Shown here: positions 18,492 to 27,494 of the stretch, in pieces | Layout of the letters: the number at the start of each line of letters is the position of its first letter | How positions within the stretch are numbered: the stretch's first letter is position 1 | Origin: Candidatus Pacearchaeota archaeon CG1_02_39_14 | Lineage (GTDB): Archaea > Nanobdellota > Nanobdellia > Pacearchaeales > GW2011-AR1 | DNA length: 50,110 bases | NCBI GenBank assembly: GCA_001872315.1 | Contig: MNVZ01000007.1 | Location: forward strand, 1-50,110 | Reading direction: 5' to 3' | Program-made: the position numbers and the translations under genes | The notes under the pieces: model-generated | What the model was told of the DNA's origin: nothing | The model's database searches: none | Seen by the model: only the letters and a program-made list of their open reading frames with translations

Positions 18492-18718
18492 TAGGAACAA
18501 TAGCAAGAATTTATTACGGCATGAAGTTAGGGGAAAAGCTCGAGGAATTCAGGGAGATAAGGGCGTTAAATTCATTTCCAGGGGCTTTGGAATACACGGG
18601 GAATATAGGGAGCCAAACATCTGAATTCGCCAGAACTTCAGGCCTTGAATTGGAATATGCGATTAGAGATGAAGTGGAGCATTTGATATCAAAGTTTAAA
18701 TCATGGAGGAGAAGATGA
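18488..18718 (+). CDS. Orphan 76-aa protein between spt5 and rpl11
   Basis: ATGA overlap with the spt5 stop and ATGA overlap with the rpl11 start. Confidence 0.6.
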   Translation: MIGTIARIYYGMKLGEKLEEFREIRALNSFPGALEYTGNIGSQTSEFARTSGLELEYAIRDEVEHLISKFKSWRRR

Positions 18719-19431
18719 AAATTAAGTTAATTGTAGATGGTGGAAGCATGAAGCCTGGCCCGGCAGTAGCTCAGCAGCTTGGTCCTATGGGGATTAACAT
18801 GGGGAAGGTTATACAGGAAGTGAACGAAGCAACTGCAGGATTCAAGGGAATGAAGGTTCCCGTCGAGCTTGATGTTAACAAGACCACTAAAGAATTCACA
18901 GTTTCAGTATCATCTCCTCCGGTTTCAGAACTGATAAAGAAAGAGCTTAATCTTGAGAAAGGTTCAGGGGAGGCGGGAAATGTAAAAGTCGGGAATATTT
19001 CTGTTGAGCAGCTTATAGGGATTGCAAAGACAAAAATGCTCGGCATGCTTGCCAGAGATTTAAAGGCAGCATTAAAACTTGTTATAGGCTCATGCAAATC
19101 CCTCGGAATTCTTGTTGACAGCAAAGATCCTGTTGAAATAATTGCGGAAGTGAATGAAGGAAAGTATGATTCAGAGATTAAACAGGAAAAGACCGAGCTT
19201 TCAGATGAGAAAAGAAGAACTCTTGAAAATAAGTTTGCTGAAGTGAAAGCAAAACAGGATAAAGATAAGAAAGCCCTAGAAGAAGCAAAGGCCAAGGAAG
19301 AGGCAGAGAAAGCAGAAGCTGCAGCTGCAGCCACTACAGCAGCTCCGGGAGCAAAGCCTGCAGCAGCGGCGGTAGTGGCCCCTGCCGCAAAAGCTCCGGA
19401 AGCAAAGAAAGAAGAGAAGAAAAAGAAGTAA
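18715..19431 (+). CDS. rpl11: 50S ribosomal protein uL11 with long C-terminal extension
   Basis: GG..KPGP....LGPMGIN, GMKVPV, GSCKSLGI; GGAGG before ATG 18715. Confidence 0.95.
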   Translation: MKIKLIVDGGSMKPGPAVAQQLGPMGINMGKVIQEVNEATAGFKGMKVPVELDVNKTTKEFTVSVSSPPVSELIKKELNLEKGSGEAGNVKVGNISVEQLIGIAKTKMLGMLARDLKAALKLVIGSCKSLGILVDSKDPVEIIAEVNEGKYDSEIKQEKTELSDEKRRTLENKFAEVKAKQDKDKKALEEAKAKEEAEKAEAAAAATTAAPGAKPAAAAVVAPAAKAPEAKKEEKKKK

Positions 19432-19491
19432 TTCTGTCGTCGCTATATAATTAAAATAAATTGATTTAAACTAAATCTCCTCTCTTATGGG

Positions 19492-20298
19492 GTGGTGCAA
19501 AAAAATCGGAGATTTTCCACTGAAGAAATTCTGCTTATTAAGAGATTGACTGATGAAGGGAAAAGTCTTAATTACCTTTCAAGATTGTTTTCGGTCGGGA
19601 AATCAACTCTCTATTATCAAATCAGAAAATTCAAGCCAAGAATAAAGAAAGAATTTCTAGTCAGGTTGAGTGATTTTCATATTGGGGAGCTGATTGGAGC
19701 TTTCGCCGGGGACGGCAATTATTCTCACCAAAGATACGATAGAAGATTTCCATCAAGACCAACACATCACAGAATCAGGTATTTTCTCACTTTTTCAAAA
19801 GAAAGAGAATATGCTGAATATCTAAAAAATCTTTTAGCCAAGTTAAATCTGAATCCTTATATCATGAATAGAAATGAAAGTGTCTTGATTCTTACCGTGA
19901 ATTCTAAAGAGTACATAGATTTTATAAAAACCTATTTAACTTGGGATAAAGATAAAACTTTCTCTATAAGGCTGAAAAAGAATATTTCTGAATATTCAGA
20001 TAATTTTCTAAGAGGGTTTGCAAGAGGACTTATGGATACTGACGGATTCTTGAATCCAGGCAATGCTGTTTGTGCTTGTATTTCTAAGGAACTTATTAAT
20101 AATCTCTCTGAAATATTTACAAGTTTTGATTTAAATATAAAAAGAAGAGTTCTTATCCGCAAGGGAAATTCCAGGCCCCTTTATTTTGTTCGGGTAAGAA
20201 GAAAAAGCCTGGAAAGATATGGTGATGTGATAGGTTTCTCAAACAAGGCCAAAGCACAAAGCCTTGACAATATCATAAATGGAGATAGGAAACCTTAA
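19492..20298 (+). CDS. Free-standing two-motif LAGLIDADG protein with N-terminal HTH
   Basis: GKSLNYLSRLFSVGKSTLYY (HTH); IGELIGAFAGDG; FLRGFARGLMDTDG; IGFSN near the C terminus. Confidence 0.88.
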   Translation: MVQKNRRFSTEEILLIKRLTDEGKSLNYLSRLFSVGKSTLYYQIRKFKPRIKKEFLVRLSDFHIGELIGAFAGDGNYSHQRYDRRFPSRPTHHRIRYFLTFSKEREYAEYLKNLLAKLNLNPYIMNRNESVLILTVNSKEYIDFIKTYLTWDKDKTFSIRLKKNISEYSDNFLRGFARGLMDTDGFLNPGNAVCACISKELINNLSEIFTSFDLNIKRRVLIRKGNSRPLYFVRVRRKSLERYGDVIGFSNKAKAQSLDNIINGDRKP

Positions 20299-20325
20299 AA
20301 AAGCTAATTAGATGGTTATCATAAT

Positions 20326-20399
20326 GGGGATGTAGTATAGCCTGGTTAGTACTCGAGGTTTGGGACTTCGAAACCCCAGTTCAAATCTGGGCATCCCCA
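20326..20399 (+). tRNA. tRNA-Pro(TGG)
   Basis: GGGGATG/CATCCCC acceptor stem, anticodon arm CGAGG-TTTGGGA-CTTCG, AGTTCAAATCT T-arm; no intron. Confidence 0.95.
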
Positions 20400-20507
20400 T
20401 TTATCTGCTTTTCATCGGAAGAACGGATATTGATAAGTGGAGGCCTGAACAGGTAATTTAAGGTAACAGAATAATTTAAAAACCATTCATTCACTAATAC
20501 TTCAAAC

Positions 20508-20735
20508 ATGACAACAAAAACAAAGAAAATAAGGCATGCAGGAAGATTCGGCGCAGGTTACGGAACAAGAATCAGGAAAAAGCTTAACATAATTGAATCT
20601 ATTCAGAGAAAGAAACAGGTCTGCCCTCATTGCGCAAAGCCTGGCGTGAAGAGAGTTGCATCAGGAATCTGGCATTGCAGGAAGTGCGATAAGAGGTTTG
20701 CAGGGCATGCGTATTATCTTGAGAAACAGGCTTAA
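20508..20735 (+). CDS. rpl37ae: 50S ribosomal protein eL43 (L37ae)
   Basis: AGRFGAGYG, CPHC, GIWHCRKC, FAG.AY. Confidence 0.95.
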   Translation: MTTKTKKIRHAGRFGAGYGTRIRKKLNIIESIQRKKQVCPHCAKPGVKRVASGIWHCRKCDKRFAGHAYYLEKQA

Positions 20736-20776
20736 GCCTGCAATTATTTAAAAAGAAGAAATCTTTATCTAATTTA

Positions 20777-21043
20777 ATGGTTAGCAATTACATAAAGAAG
20801 AGGCTAATAAGCCATAAGAGATTAGCACAAGAGAGAACAATTCTGGCAAATGAAAGGAACTCTCTTGCTTATGTAAGGACAGGCTTTGGCTCTTTTGCTC
20901 TCGGGCTAGCACTGATTAAGCTTTTTGAAGAGCACATTAAATACGTTTATGCTGGTTATGGTGCGGCCGCTCTCGGGCTCATTTTGGTTTTACTGGGGTT
21001 GATTTATTATCCTATCAGAAAAAGAAAGATTCTCTCTTATTAA
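20777..21043 (+). CDS. DUF202/YidH-like membrane protein
   Basis: RT.LANERN.LAYVRTG motif plus two TM segments. Confidence 0.85.
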   Translation: MVSNYIKKRLISHKRLAQERTILANERNSLAYVRTGFGSFALGLALIKLFEEHIKYVYAGYGAAALGLILVLLGLIYYPIRKRKILSY

Positions 21044-21084
21044 CTCAACTAAAACTTTAAAAACTCATAATTTCACCCATATTC

Positions 21085-21222
21085 ATGGCACAATACAAAT
21101 GTTTTCATTGCAGTAAAGTAATATCGAGTAAGGCTCTTGATAAAAGATTTGCCTGCCCACACTGTGGCTCAAAGATTTTTTACAAGCCAAGAAAACATAT
21201 AGCTAAAGTAAAGGCGATTTAA
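21085..21222 (+). CDS. rpoP: RNA polymerase subunit Rpo12 (P)
   Basis: Translated by hand: MAQYKCFHCSKVISSKALDKRFACPHCGSKIFYKPRKHIAKVKAI; rpl37ae-rpoP-pfdB context. Confidence 0.9.
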   Translation: MAQYKCFHCSKVISSKALDKRFACPHCGSKIFYKPRKHIAKVKAI

Positions 21223-21555
21223 ATGACTCAGTCTAAAATTCAGGAATTACAGAACCTTGAAAGAAATTTACAGATGCTTATGGGCCAAAAGCAGGCAATT
21301 CAGATGGAAATTGCAGAGACAGAGAATGCACTTGAAGAGATAAAAAATAGTTCTTCTGACATCTACAAGCTTTCCGGTACCATAATGCTTAAGGCGGACA
21401 AGGAAAAGACAATAAAAGAGCTGGAAGAAAAGAACAAGCTTATGGAACTTCGTCTCTCTTCAATAGAAAAGCAGGAGTCAATCCTTGAATCCAGGGCCGA
21501 GGGGCTGAAAAAAGAAACCCAGAAGTTGGCTGAGGACAAAAACGTCGGGAAATAA
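21223..21555 (+). CDS. pfdB: Prefoldin beta subunit
   Basis: Coiled coils around ALEEI...IYKLSGTIML. Confidence 0.9.
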   Translation: MTQSKIQELQNLERNLQMLMGQKQAIQMEIAETENALEEIKNSSSDIYKLSGTIMLKADKEKTIKELEEKNKLMELRLSSIEKQESILESRAEGLKKETQKLAEDKNVGK

Positions 21556-21613
21556 GCAGACTGCTATAAATCAATACGATAATATTTATATACTATTCTC
21601 TCCAAAACTAGAT

Positions 21614-21994
21614 ATGGCTTTCGATTTTAAGAAACTTTTAGGAAAAGAGGAAGAATCTGATGATTATCTGGAAATAGACCTCGACCAGCATGCTCCAAAC
21701 AAAAATAAGATTATTGTACGCCCATTCACCCTGAAAAAGTTTGATGACGTTAACGAAATCTTGAACTCCTTGAGGGAGGGATACACGATTGCAGTTATAG
21801 ACATAAGGCCTATGAAGACAAAGGATGTTATAGAGCTCAAAAGGGCTGTTTCAAAAATCAAGAAGACAGTTGATGCTCTGGAAGGCTCAATAGCAGGTTT
21901 TGGAGAGCATACAATTCTTGCAACCCCTAATTTTGCAGAGATTCACAGGGCTCCTGAAAAGACAGAGAAGAAAGACAATCTTTCATTCTATTGA
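21614..21994 (+). CDS. sepF: Cell division protein SepF
   Basis: N-terminal amphipathic helix, DDYLEID, LREGYTIAVIDI, LKRAV.K.K, G.IAG....ILATP. Confidence 0.88.
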   Translation: MAFDFKKLLGKEEESDDYLEIDLDQHAPNKNKIIVRPFTLKKFDDVNEILNSLREGYTIAVIDIRPMKTKDVIELKRAVSKIKKTVDALEGSIAGFGEHTILATPNFAEIHRAPEKTEKKDNLSFY

Positions 21995-22069
21995 GAACAC
22001 TTTCAATCCTTTCCAAGCAATATAATCAGCTAACCATAATTATAAATAATTCTTCTCCTTGTTTCTTTT

Positions 22070-22498
22070 ATGCCAAAGAAGACGATAGTAGCGGTTTCAG
22101 GAGGATTTGACCCTCTCCATGCAGGCCACATAGAATATCTTGAAAAGGCAAAAGATCTTGGAGACAAGCTAGTAGTCATAATAAATAATGACGATTTTTT
22201 GATAAATAAAAAAGGATATGTATTCATGCCATTCAATGAAAGAGTGAGAATAATCTCTTCACTAAGGTTTGTGGATGAGGTGATGGTAAGCATAGATCAG
22301 GATTCCACAGTCTGTAAATCTCTTGAGATGCTGAAGCCGGACATTTTTGCGAAAGGTCCTGATTGGAAGGAGGAGACAATACCTGAAAAAGAGCTGTGTA
22401 AAAAACTCGGCATAAAAGTCATAGAAGGGGTAGGGGAAAAGATTTATTCCCAGAATAGGTTTATGCAGAGGGGCTTACCTCTTGGCGATGGAAAATAG
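22070..22498 (+). CDS. Cytidylyltransferase-family nucleotidyltransferase (RibL/TagD/HldC-like)
   Basis: SGGFDPLHAGH, ER..II.SLRFVDEV, KPDIFAKG.D. Confidence 0.88.
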   Translation: MPKKTIVAVSGGFDPLHAGHIEYLEKAKDLGDKLVVIINNDDFLINKKGYVFMPFNERVRIISSLRFVDEVMVSIDQDSTVCKSLEMLKPDIFAKGPDWKEETIPEKELCKKLGIKVIEGVGEKIYSQNRFMQRGLPLGDGK

Positions 22499-22882
22499 GC
22501 TCTTCACTGCGACAACAATCGTAGCAGGAATTAAAAGCATAAGCAGTGCAACTAAGGTTCCTGTAATATAGGCCCCAATTTCAAGACCAACCAGCTCAAC
22601 GTCAGTTATTCCCCTAAGCCCGGCAAAGGTGATAAGGTTCTGAAGGCTGCTTATCCCGGCAAAGCTTACAATGACTATTGAAACGGACGCGAGAAGAAAA
22701 CTATGTGCATCTCTGTCTTCAACATTAATAAAAAATCCAACTATCAGTCCAAGAACGAGGATAATCCCGAAGATAAATGGATTCAGCTTTCCAAAACTTA
22801 ATATCCCGACTCCTAATGCAAGAATTACTCCGATAAGAAAAGCCCACGCACTTACAAGATTTTCACGCGCTCTTATCACCAT
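22475..22882 (-). CDS. Hypothetical membrane protein (4 TM)
   Basis: Hydrophobic 135-aa ORF with TTTATATAAA ~20 nt upstream. Confidence 0.8.
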   Translation of the reverse strand: MVIRARENLVSAWAFLIGVILALGVGILSFGKLNPFIFGIILVLGLIVGFFINVEDRDAHSFLLASVSIVIVSFAGISSLQNLITFAGLRGITDVELVGLEIGAYITGTLVALLMLLIPATIVVAVKSLFSIAKR

Positions 22883-22987
22883 TCAATTTTAACATGTCCT
22901 ATTTATATAAAGATATCTACCCCTGATTTCATATATCTCTTGCAAAATAGAAAACTTTATAAACTAATGTAATTCCAGAGTAACATC

Positions 22988-24937
22988 ATGATGAAAAATA
23001 AAAAGTTCGCGTTAACCTTCTTCGCACTTTTTGCATTCGCTATCCTAGCAGGAATTGCAAGCGCAGAAGTCAACTTCACAAATATTGATGGTGCGACGCA
23101 GGAAACTTCTCATAACAGTGAAGTTACAATCTCCTTCAAAGTTCTAAGTGACTCAAATGAAACCAATGTCAGCCTTATATTGCCTGAATTATTTGATAAT
23201 GGCTGGTCGGGAAACCCAGGATTATTTAATCTGGTTGAAGGGGAAGAATCTGATTTAATCACTTTAACTCTTGAAGTCCCTGAATTTCAGGCTCCGGGAA
23301 CATATTCTGGTGTTATTTCATTGAGCGGGGCAAATGGGGTCAATGGCTTGCCTATTGATATAACAGTTACTACAACAAAGGATTTGGTAGTAGACACATT
23401 CACAGCACCTACAGAAACAAGCTCTGGAGCCCTAAAGCTAAAGAACACAGGAAATGTTGCGCTAAATAACATAATCTTTTCTACAAGAGGAAACATAAAT
23501 GTTACCTTCACCCCAAACAAGATAAATCTTGGAGCGGGACTTTCACAACAGATAAGCTTGGTAATCTCAAACCTTGCAGCCCTTAAGTTCGGATTGAACC
23601 CTACCACAATAACTGCCACAGAAAATAATGGAAACGGCACAGAAGTTACAACATCTACATTCACAATAAAGAAGACATTCTGTTCAGAAGGGACAGTCGG
23701 TGGAAATCTAAATATAAAAACACTTAATATTGATAATCTTGGAAACGGAAACGGAAATGAATGGGAACTTCTTGACGATATAGAAGTTGAAGTTGAAATA
23801 GAAAATACAGGTATAGAAGATATTGATGATGTTGAGCTTGTATTTGGATTCTTTGATGATAATGGAAACGATGTTTCTGATGAATTTGATTGGTCTTCAG
23901 CTGATGAAGAAAGTGTTGACCTTGGAAAGATAAGAGATGACTCTGAAAAGACACATACATTCAAGTTCAAAGTTCCTGCTGACTTCGCGGATATAGGTGA
24001 GGGAGAGTACAAGCTTGCGATAAAGGCCTATAGCAGAGACCTTGGTGAAGATGTAGAGTGCATTGACTCCGGAACAAAGCTGGATAAAGATTTTTATGAA
24101 TCAGTGGATATCGTCCTGGAAGATGATGACGAGAAATTTGTGATAATTGATAATATAAGATTCGACAATGAGCAGCTTATCTGTGGGGAAACTGCTTCAG
24201 GAGAATTCACAGTTTACAACGTTGGAGATGACAGCCAGGAAAGAATAAGAGTAACTATGAGAAATGAGGACCTTAGCCTGAATCAAATATTTGAGATTAC
24301 AAGCGACACGGATGTCGGAGAAAGTGAAACCATTGAATTTTCATTCCTTGTTCCTAAGGGAATTGATTCAGGCAAGTATTTCATCGAATACATATCCGAC
24401 TACGACTATGATAATGGAGTTTATGACACAAGATCAAAGGACAGATTCACAGGAGTCCTTGACATAATCTCATGTGCAGGTTCTTCAGGCACAGGCGGAA
24501 AGGCATCAATAATCGCAAGTCTTGTATCAGATGCAGTTCCTGGAGAGGAAATAATTGTTGAAGCAACAATAACAAACATAGGAACCCAGGAATCTGAATT
24601 TAGGGTAAGTGCTCTTGGCTTCCAGTCATGGGCAGACCTGGAATCAATCTCTTCTGAAGTGTTCACTCTGGATTCTGGAGAATCAAAAGACATAACGATT
24701 ACACTTAATGTTGATGAAGATGCTTCAGGAACACAAACATTCACAATCCAGACAATATCTGGAGGAACAGTTGACTCGAGAGATTTGGAAGTAAACTTCC
24801 CTGAAAAAGGAAAAGGATTCACAGGATTTTCAATTGAAGGATTGACAGGTTCAGGATATGTCTGGCTTCTTGTCTTAGTGAATGTAATCTTGATAGTCCT
24901 TATAGTCTTGGTTGCAGTAAGGCTTTCAAGAAGATAA
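22988..24937 (+). CDS. Putative S-layer/cell-surface glycoprotein, probable archaeosortase substrate
   Basis: Signal peptide, acidic Ig/CARDB-like repeats (NTGN, NVG, NIG), N-x-S/T sequons, C-terminal TM followed by RLSRR. Confidence 0.85.
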   Translation: MMKNKKFALTFFALFAFAILAGIASAEVNFTNIDGATQETSHNSEVTISFKVLSDSNETNVSLILPELFDNGWSGNPGLFNLVEGEESDLITLTLEVPEFQAPGTYSGVISLSGANGVNGLPIDITVTTTKDLVVDTFTAPTETSSGALKLKNTGNVALNNIIFSTRGNINVTFTPNKINLGAGLSQQISLVISNLAALKFGLNPTTITATENNGNGTEVTTSTFTIKKTFCSEGTVGGNLNIKTLNIDNLGNGNGNEWELLDDIEVEVEIENTGIEDIDDVELVFGFFDDNGNDVSDEFDWSSADEESVDLGKIRDDSEKTHTFKFKVPADFADIGEGEYKLAIKAYSRDLGEDVECIDSGTKLDKDFYESVDIVLEDDDEKFVIIDNIRFDNEQLICGETASGEFTVYNVGDDSQERIRVTMRNEDLSLNQIFEITSDTDVGESETIEFSFLVPKGIDSGKYFIEYISDYDYDNGVYDTRSKDRFTGVLDIISCAGSSGTGGKASIIASLVSDAVPGEEIIVEATITNIGTQESEFRVSALGFQSWADLESISSEVFTLDSGESKDITITLNVDEDASGTQTFTIQTISGGTVDSRDLEVNFPEKGKGFTGFSIEGLTGSGYVWLLVLVNVILIVLIVLVAVRLSRR

Positions 24938-24973
24938 TCCGGAAAGAATTTTAAACCTCTTATTCCTCAATGA

Positions 24974-25525
24974 TTGATGAATGGAAAAGAGCTATCCACA
25001 TTACTCATTAGATATACCGTTTTGATTGTTCTGGGACTGTTCAATCTTGTTGCATTCTATTATATTTTTACTCCTCTGACGATTTATCCTGCCTTCTTTT
25101 TTATCTCAAAAATATTTGAGGACGCAGTCCTCGTTTCTGTAAGCCCGACTCCCGCAGTACTCTTTAACGGCTATATAGCGAGAATCATCCCTGCTTGTAT
25201 TGCCGGCTCGGCATATTACCTTCTCCTAATCTTGAATCTCACAACTCCTATGAACGCAGGAAAGAGAGCAGGAAGCATATTTTTCCTGTTTGCTTCGTTC
25301 CTTGTGCTGAATATAGCAAGAATAACTCTGTTTGCAGCCCTTGTTCCCGTAGGGTTTGAATATTTTGATGCTACCCACGAGTTCACCTGGTATTTCGGAA
25401 GCACAATAATGGTTGTTGTGATATGGTTTGCAAATGTGCTTATCTTTAAGATAAGGGAAATTCCGGTTTATTCCGACTTAAAATCTTTCTACATAGATAT
25501 CAGAGGGAAAAAAGATGGTAACTGA
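24974..25525 (+). CDS. Archaeosortase/exosortase family protein (pacearchaeosortase-like)
   Basis: Multi-TM protein with IIPACIAG (Cys), LNIARI (Arg) and FDATH (His). Confidence 0.82.
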   Translation: MMNGKELSTLLIRYTVLIVLGLFNLVAFYYIFTPLTIYPAFFFISKIFEDAVLVSVSPTPAVLFNGYIARIIPACIAGSAYYLLLILNLTTPMNAGKRAGSIFFLFASFLVLNIARITLFAALVPVGFEYFDATHEFTWYFGSTIMVVVIWFANVLIFKIREIPVYSDLKSFYIDIRGKKDGN

Positions 25526-26150
25526 CTTCCTCATTGCACTTACAGATTTTATCCTATCCGCTGTTGGCTCCTTGGACTACTTTGGGATTTTTGTGCTGAT
25601 GGCTGTGGAAAGCTCATTTATTCCGTTTCCTAGTGAGATAGTTATGATTCCGGCAGGAGTGCTTATCCAGCAGGGAAAAATGTCATTTTTTCCAGTCTTT
25701 CTGGCAGGGCTTTTCGGGAGTCTAACAGGCGCCTTGGTAAATTACTATCTGGCCCTCTATCTTGGAAGAGGAGCAGTCAATAAACTTATAGACAGATACG
25801 GAAAGATATTCCTTCTTGATAAATCAAAGCTCGACAGGACAGATTCCTATTTTCGCAGGCACGGGGATATAACAACATTCACAGGAAGGTTGATTCCGGT
25901 GATAAGGCAGCTTATTTCCCTTTCGGCAGGATTTGCAAGAATGAATATGCCAAGGTTTATTCTTTTCACATCTTTAGGGGCAGGAATTTGGGTATTAGTT
26001 CTTATTTTTGTCGGATACTTGTTTGGAGATTATCAGGAATTGATTATCAGTACTCTAAAAGAAATAAGCAGTCTAATCCAGATTTTGCTCCTGATATTTG
26101 TAATCATTATTATAGTCTACGCAGGGATTAGGCATTTCAGAAAAAATTAG
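25515..26150 (+). CDS. dedA: DedA family membrane protein
   Basis: [26 protein letters not shown]. Confidence 0.93.
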   Translation: MVTDFLIALTDFILSAVGSLDYFGIFVLMAVESSFIPFPSEIVMIPAGVLIQQGKMSFFPVFLAGLFGSLTGALVNYYLALYLGRGAVNKLIDRYGKIFLLDKSKLDRTDSYFRRHGDITTFTGRLIPVIRQLISLSAGFARMNMPRFILFTSLGAGIWVLVLIFVGYLFGDYQELIISTLKEISSLIQILLLIFVIIIIVYAGIRHFRKN

Positions 26151-26794
26151 TCCTGCCTCGAATGAACTATAGATTCAACCATAAACTTCTCAACGGCCTC
26201 AACTATATTGCATTCCGGACCTATTGTTATTGTATAACAATTTCCCGAAGAATTTATACTGGTTTCCTGGCCTTTCACAAATGATATGACTGGATTGTAT
26301 GAATATTTCTGGCAAGTTATGTAATTAAAGTCAGGAAACAGCCCAGTTTCAACAAAATCATTTGTGCCTGAAATTACATCGAGCTGATTGTCTCTTAAAA
26401 AAGCAGTCATTGTTGCTATTCCTATAGTGCCTTCATCACATTTTCTTATTTCAGATGTGTCTATCCCTATGTAAACTGTCTTCTCTTTTGGGAAGATTAT
26501 TTCATCACCTTCAAAAGGCACTTTATTCTCCCTCGGATCAACCTTCAAATAAAGATTATATCTTATAAGCTGCTTGGTTTCAGGTGCCTTGAAAAAGTAA
26601 TAATGATGATATACCTCAAGCTGGTCGAATCTTTCCTTTGTAAAAGATAATCCTCTGTACTCAAATTCATTCAACCCCTGAAAGATTGAGCTTGCTACAA
26701 AGTAAATTACCAAAAGAAAACCTACAAAAATAATTATTCCAAGTAAATCCTTCTCTATTCTTCTTTCTGTGGCCGTTTTCCTTTTTTTCTTCAT
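26147..26794 (-). CDS. Hypothetical membrane-anchored protein
   Basis: Basic N terminus, one TM, extracellular domain with four Cys. Confidence 0.8.
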   Translation of the reverse strand: MKKKRKTATERRIEKDLLGIIIFVGFLLVIYFVASSIFQGLNEFEYRGLSFTKERFDQLEVYHHYYFFKAPETKQLIRYNLYLKVDPRENKVPFEGDEIIFPKEKTVYIGIDTSEIRKCDEGTIGIATMTAFLRDNQLDVISGTNDFVETGLFPDFNYITCQKYSYNPVISFVKGQETSINSSGNCYTITIGPECNIVEAVEKFMVESIVHSRQD

Positions 26795-26842
26795 TTTATA
26801 ACAAGTAAAAAATCGGTTTTAAATATTTCTGCTGCCCATACC

Positions 26843-27400
26843 CTATATAAAACCGAGTATTTTATAGAGAAAAGCGTCAACTGCAACCATATCTCCGTCG
26901 ATAAAAATGCATCCTTCCTGCTGATAAACCCTGTTTTCCGAGCTGTTTCTATAAACAATAAGGTTGCTGTCGCATCCCTTTTCTGGAAGGTCGCTTTCGC
27001 ATGAATCATAACAGGCCTCCTGAAATCTTGAGCTGTATCTCCCAAGATTAAGCCTTATCTCTTCCAAAACTTCAGGGTTTCCTTGGGAATCAACATACAA
27101 AGGATTCTTGTAATATGTATTCAGGTCGCTCTCTATTGTAAGAGGCACCCTTTCGGCAAGGCCTATGAAATTAAGGAATCCAAACTGCTGCTCCTCTATC
27201 TGGTAAATCCATCTTCCATTTACAAACTGCCCATTCAGGTCTTCAGGCTCAACTTCTTCAGCATCAGATGAGCCGCTCGAGCTGAAAAACGCATATCCTA
27301 ATGTGCTTGCCAGCATAAGGAATATCAGCAGGATTCCAATAATCATCCGGTTAATTCTGTTTTTCCTGTCTGTCTCTTCCTGGGATCTTATCTTCTTCAT
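26843..27400 (-). CDS. Hypothetical membrane-anchored protein
   Basis: Basic N terminus, TM (LM.ASTLGYA), Cys-containing C-terminal domain ending DAFLYKILG. Confidence 0.8.
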   Translation of the reverse strand: MKKIRSQEETDRKNRINRMIIGILLIFLMLASTLGYAFFSSSGSSDAEEVEPEDLNGQFVNGRWIYQIEEQQFGFLNFIGLAERVPLTIESDLNTYYKNPLYVDSQGNPEVLEEIRLNLGRYSSRFQEACYDSCESDLPEKGCDSNLIVYRNSSENRVYQQEGCIFIDGDMVAVDAFLYKILGFI

Positions 27401-27436
27401 TGAAAATTAACAATTTAATCCTTTAAAAAATTATGG

Positions 27437-27490
27437 CTCCCGCCGGGGGAGATAAAAAGAAAAAATAAAAAAAGAAAAAAAAGAAGATTT
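27437..27490 (-). terminator. T-tract terminator of the S-layer gene with adjacent GC hairpin
   Basis: ~30-nt T-rich tract right after the stop, then CTCCC-ccggc-GGGAG. Confidence 0.6.
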
Positions 27491-27494
27491 GGCT

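Noticed and set aside
7002-20298. LAGLIDADG genes as inteins or intron-encoded ORFs
   Set aside because: No splicing-domain termini, no interrupted host gene, and both tRNAs are intact.
13207-22498. GmhB-like and HldC-like genes as an ADP-heptose pathway
   Set aside because: They are ~8 kb apart, no GmhA or kinase is in the window, and both families are broad.
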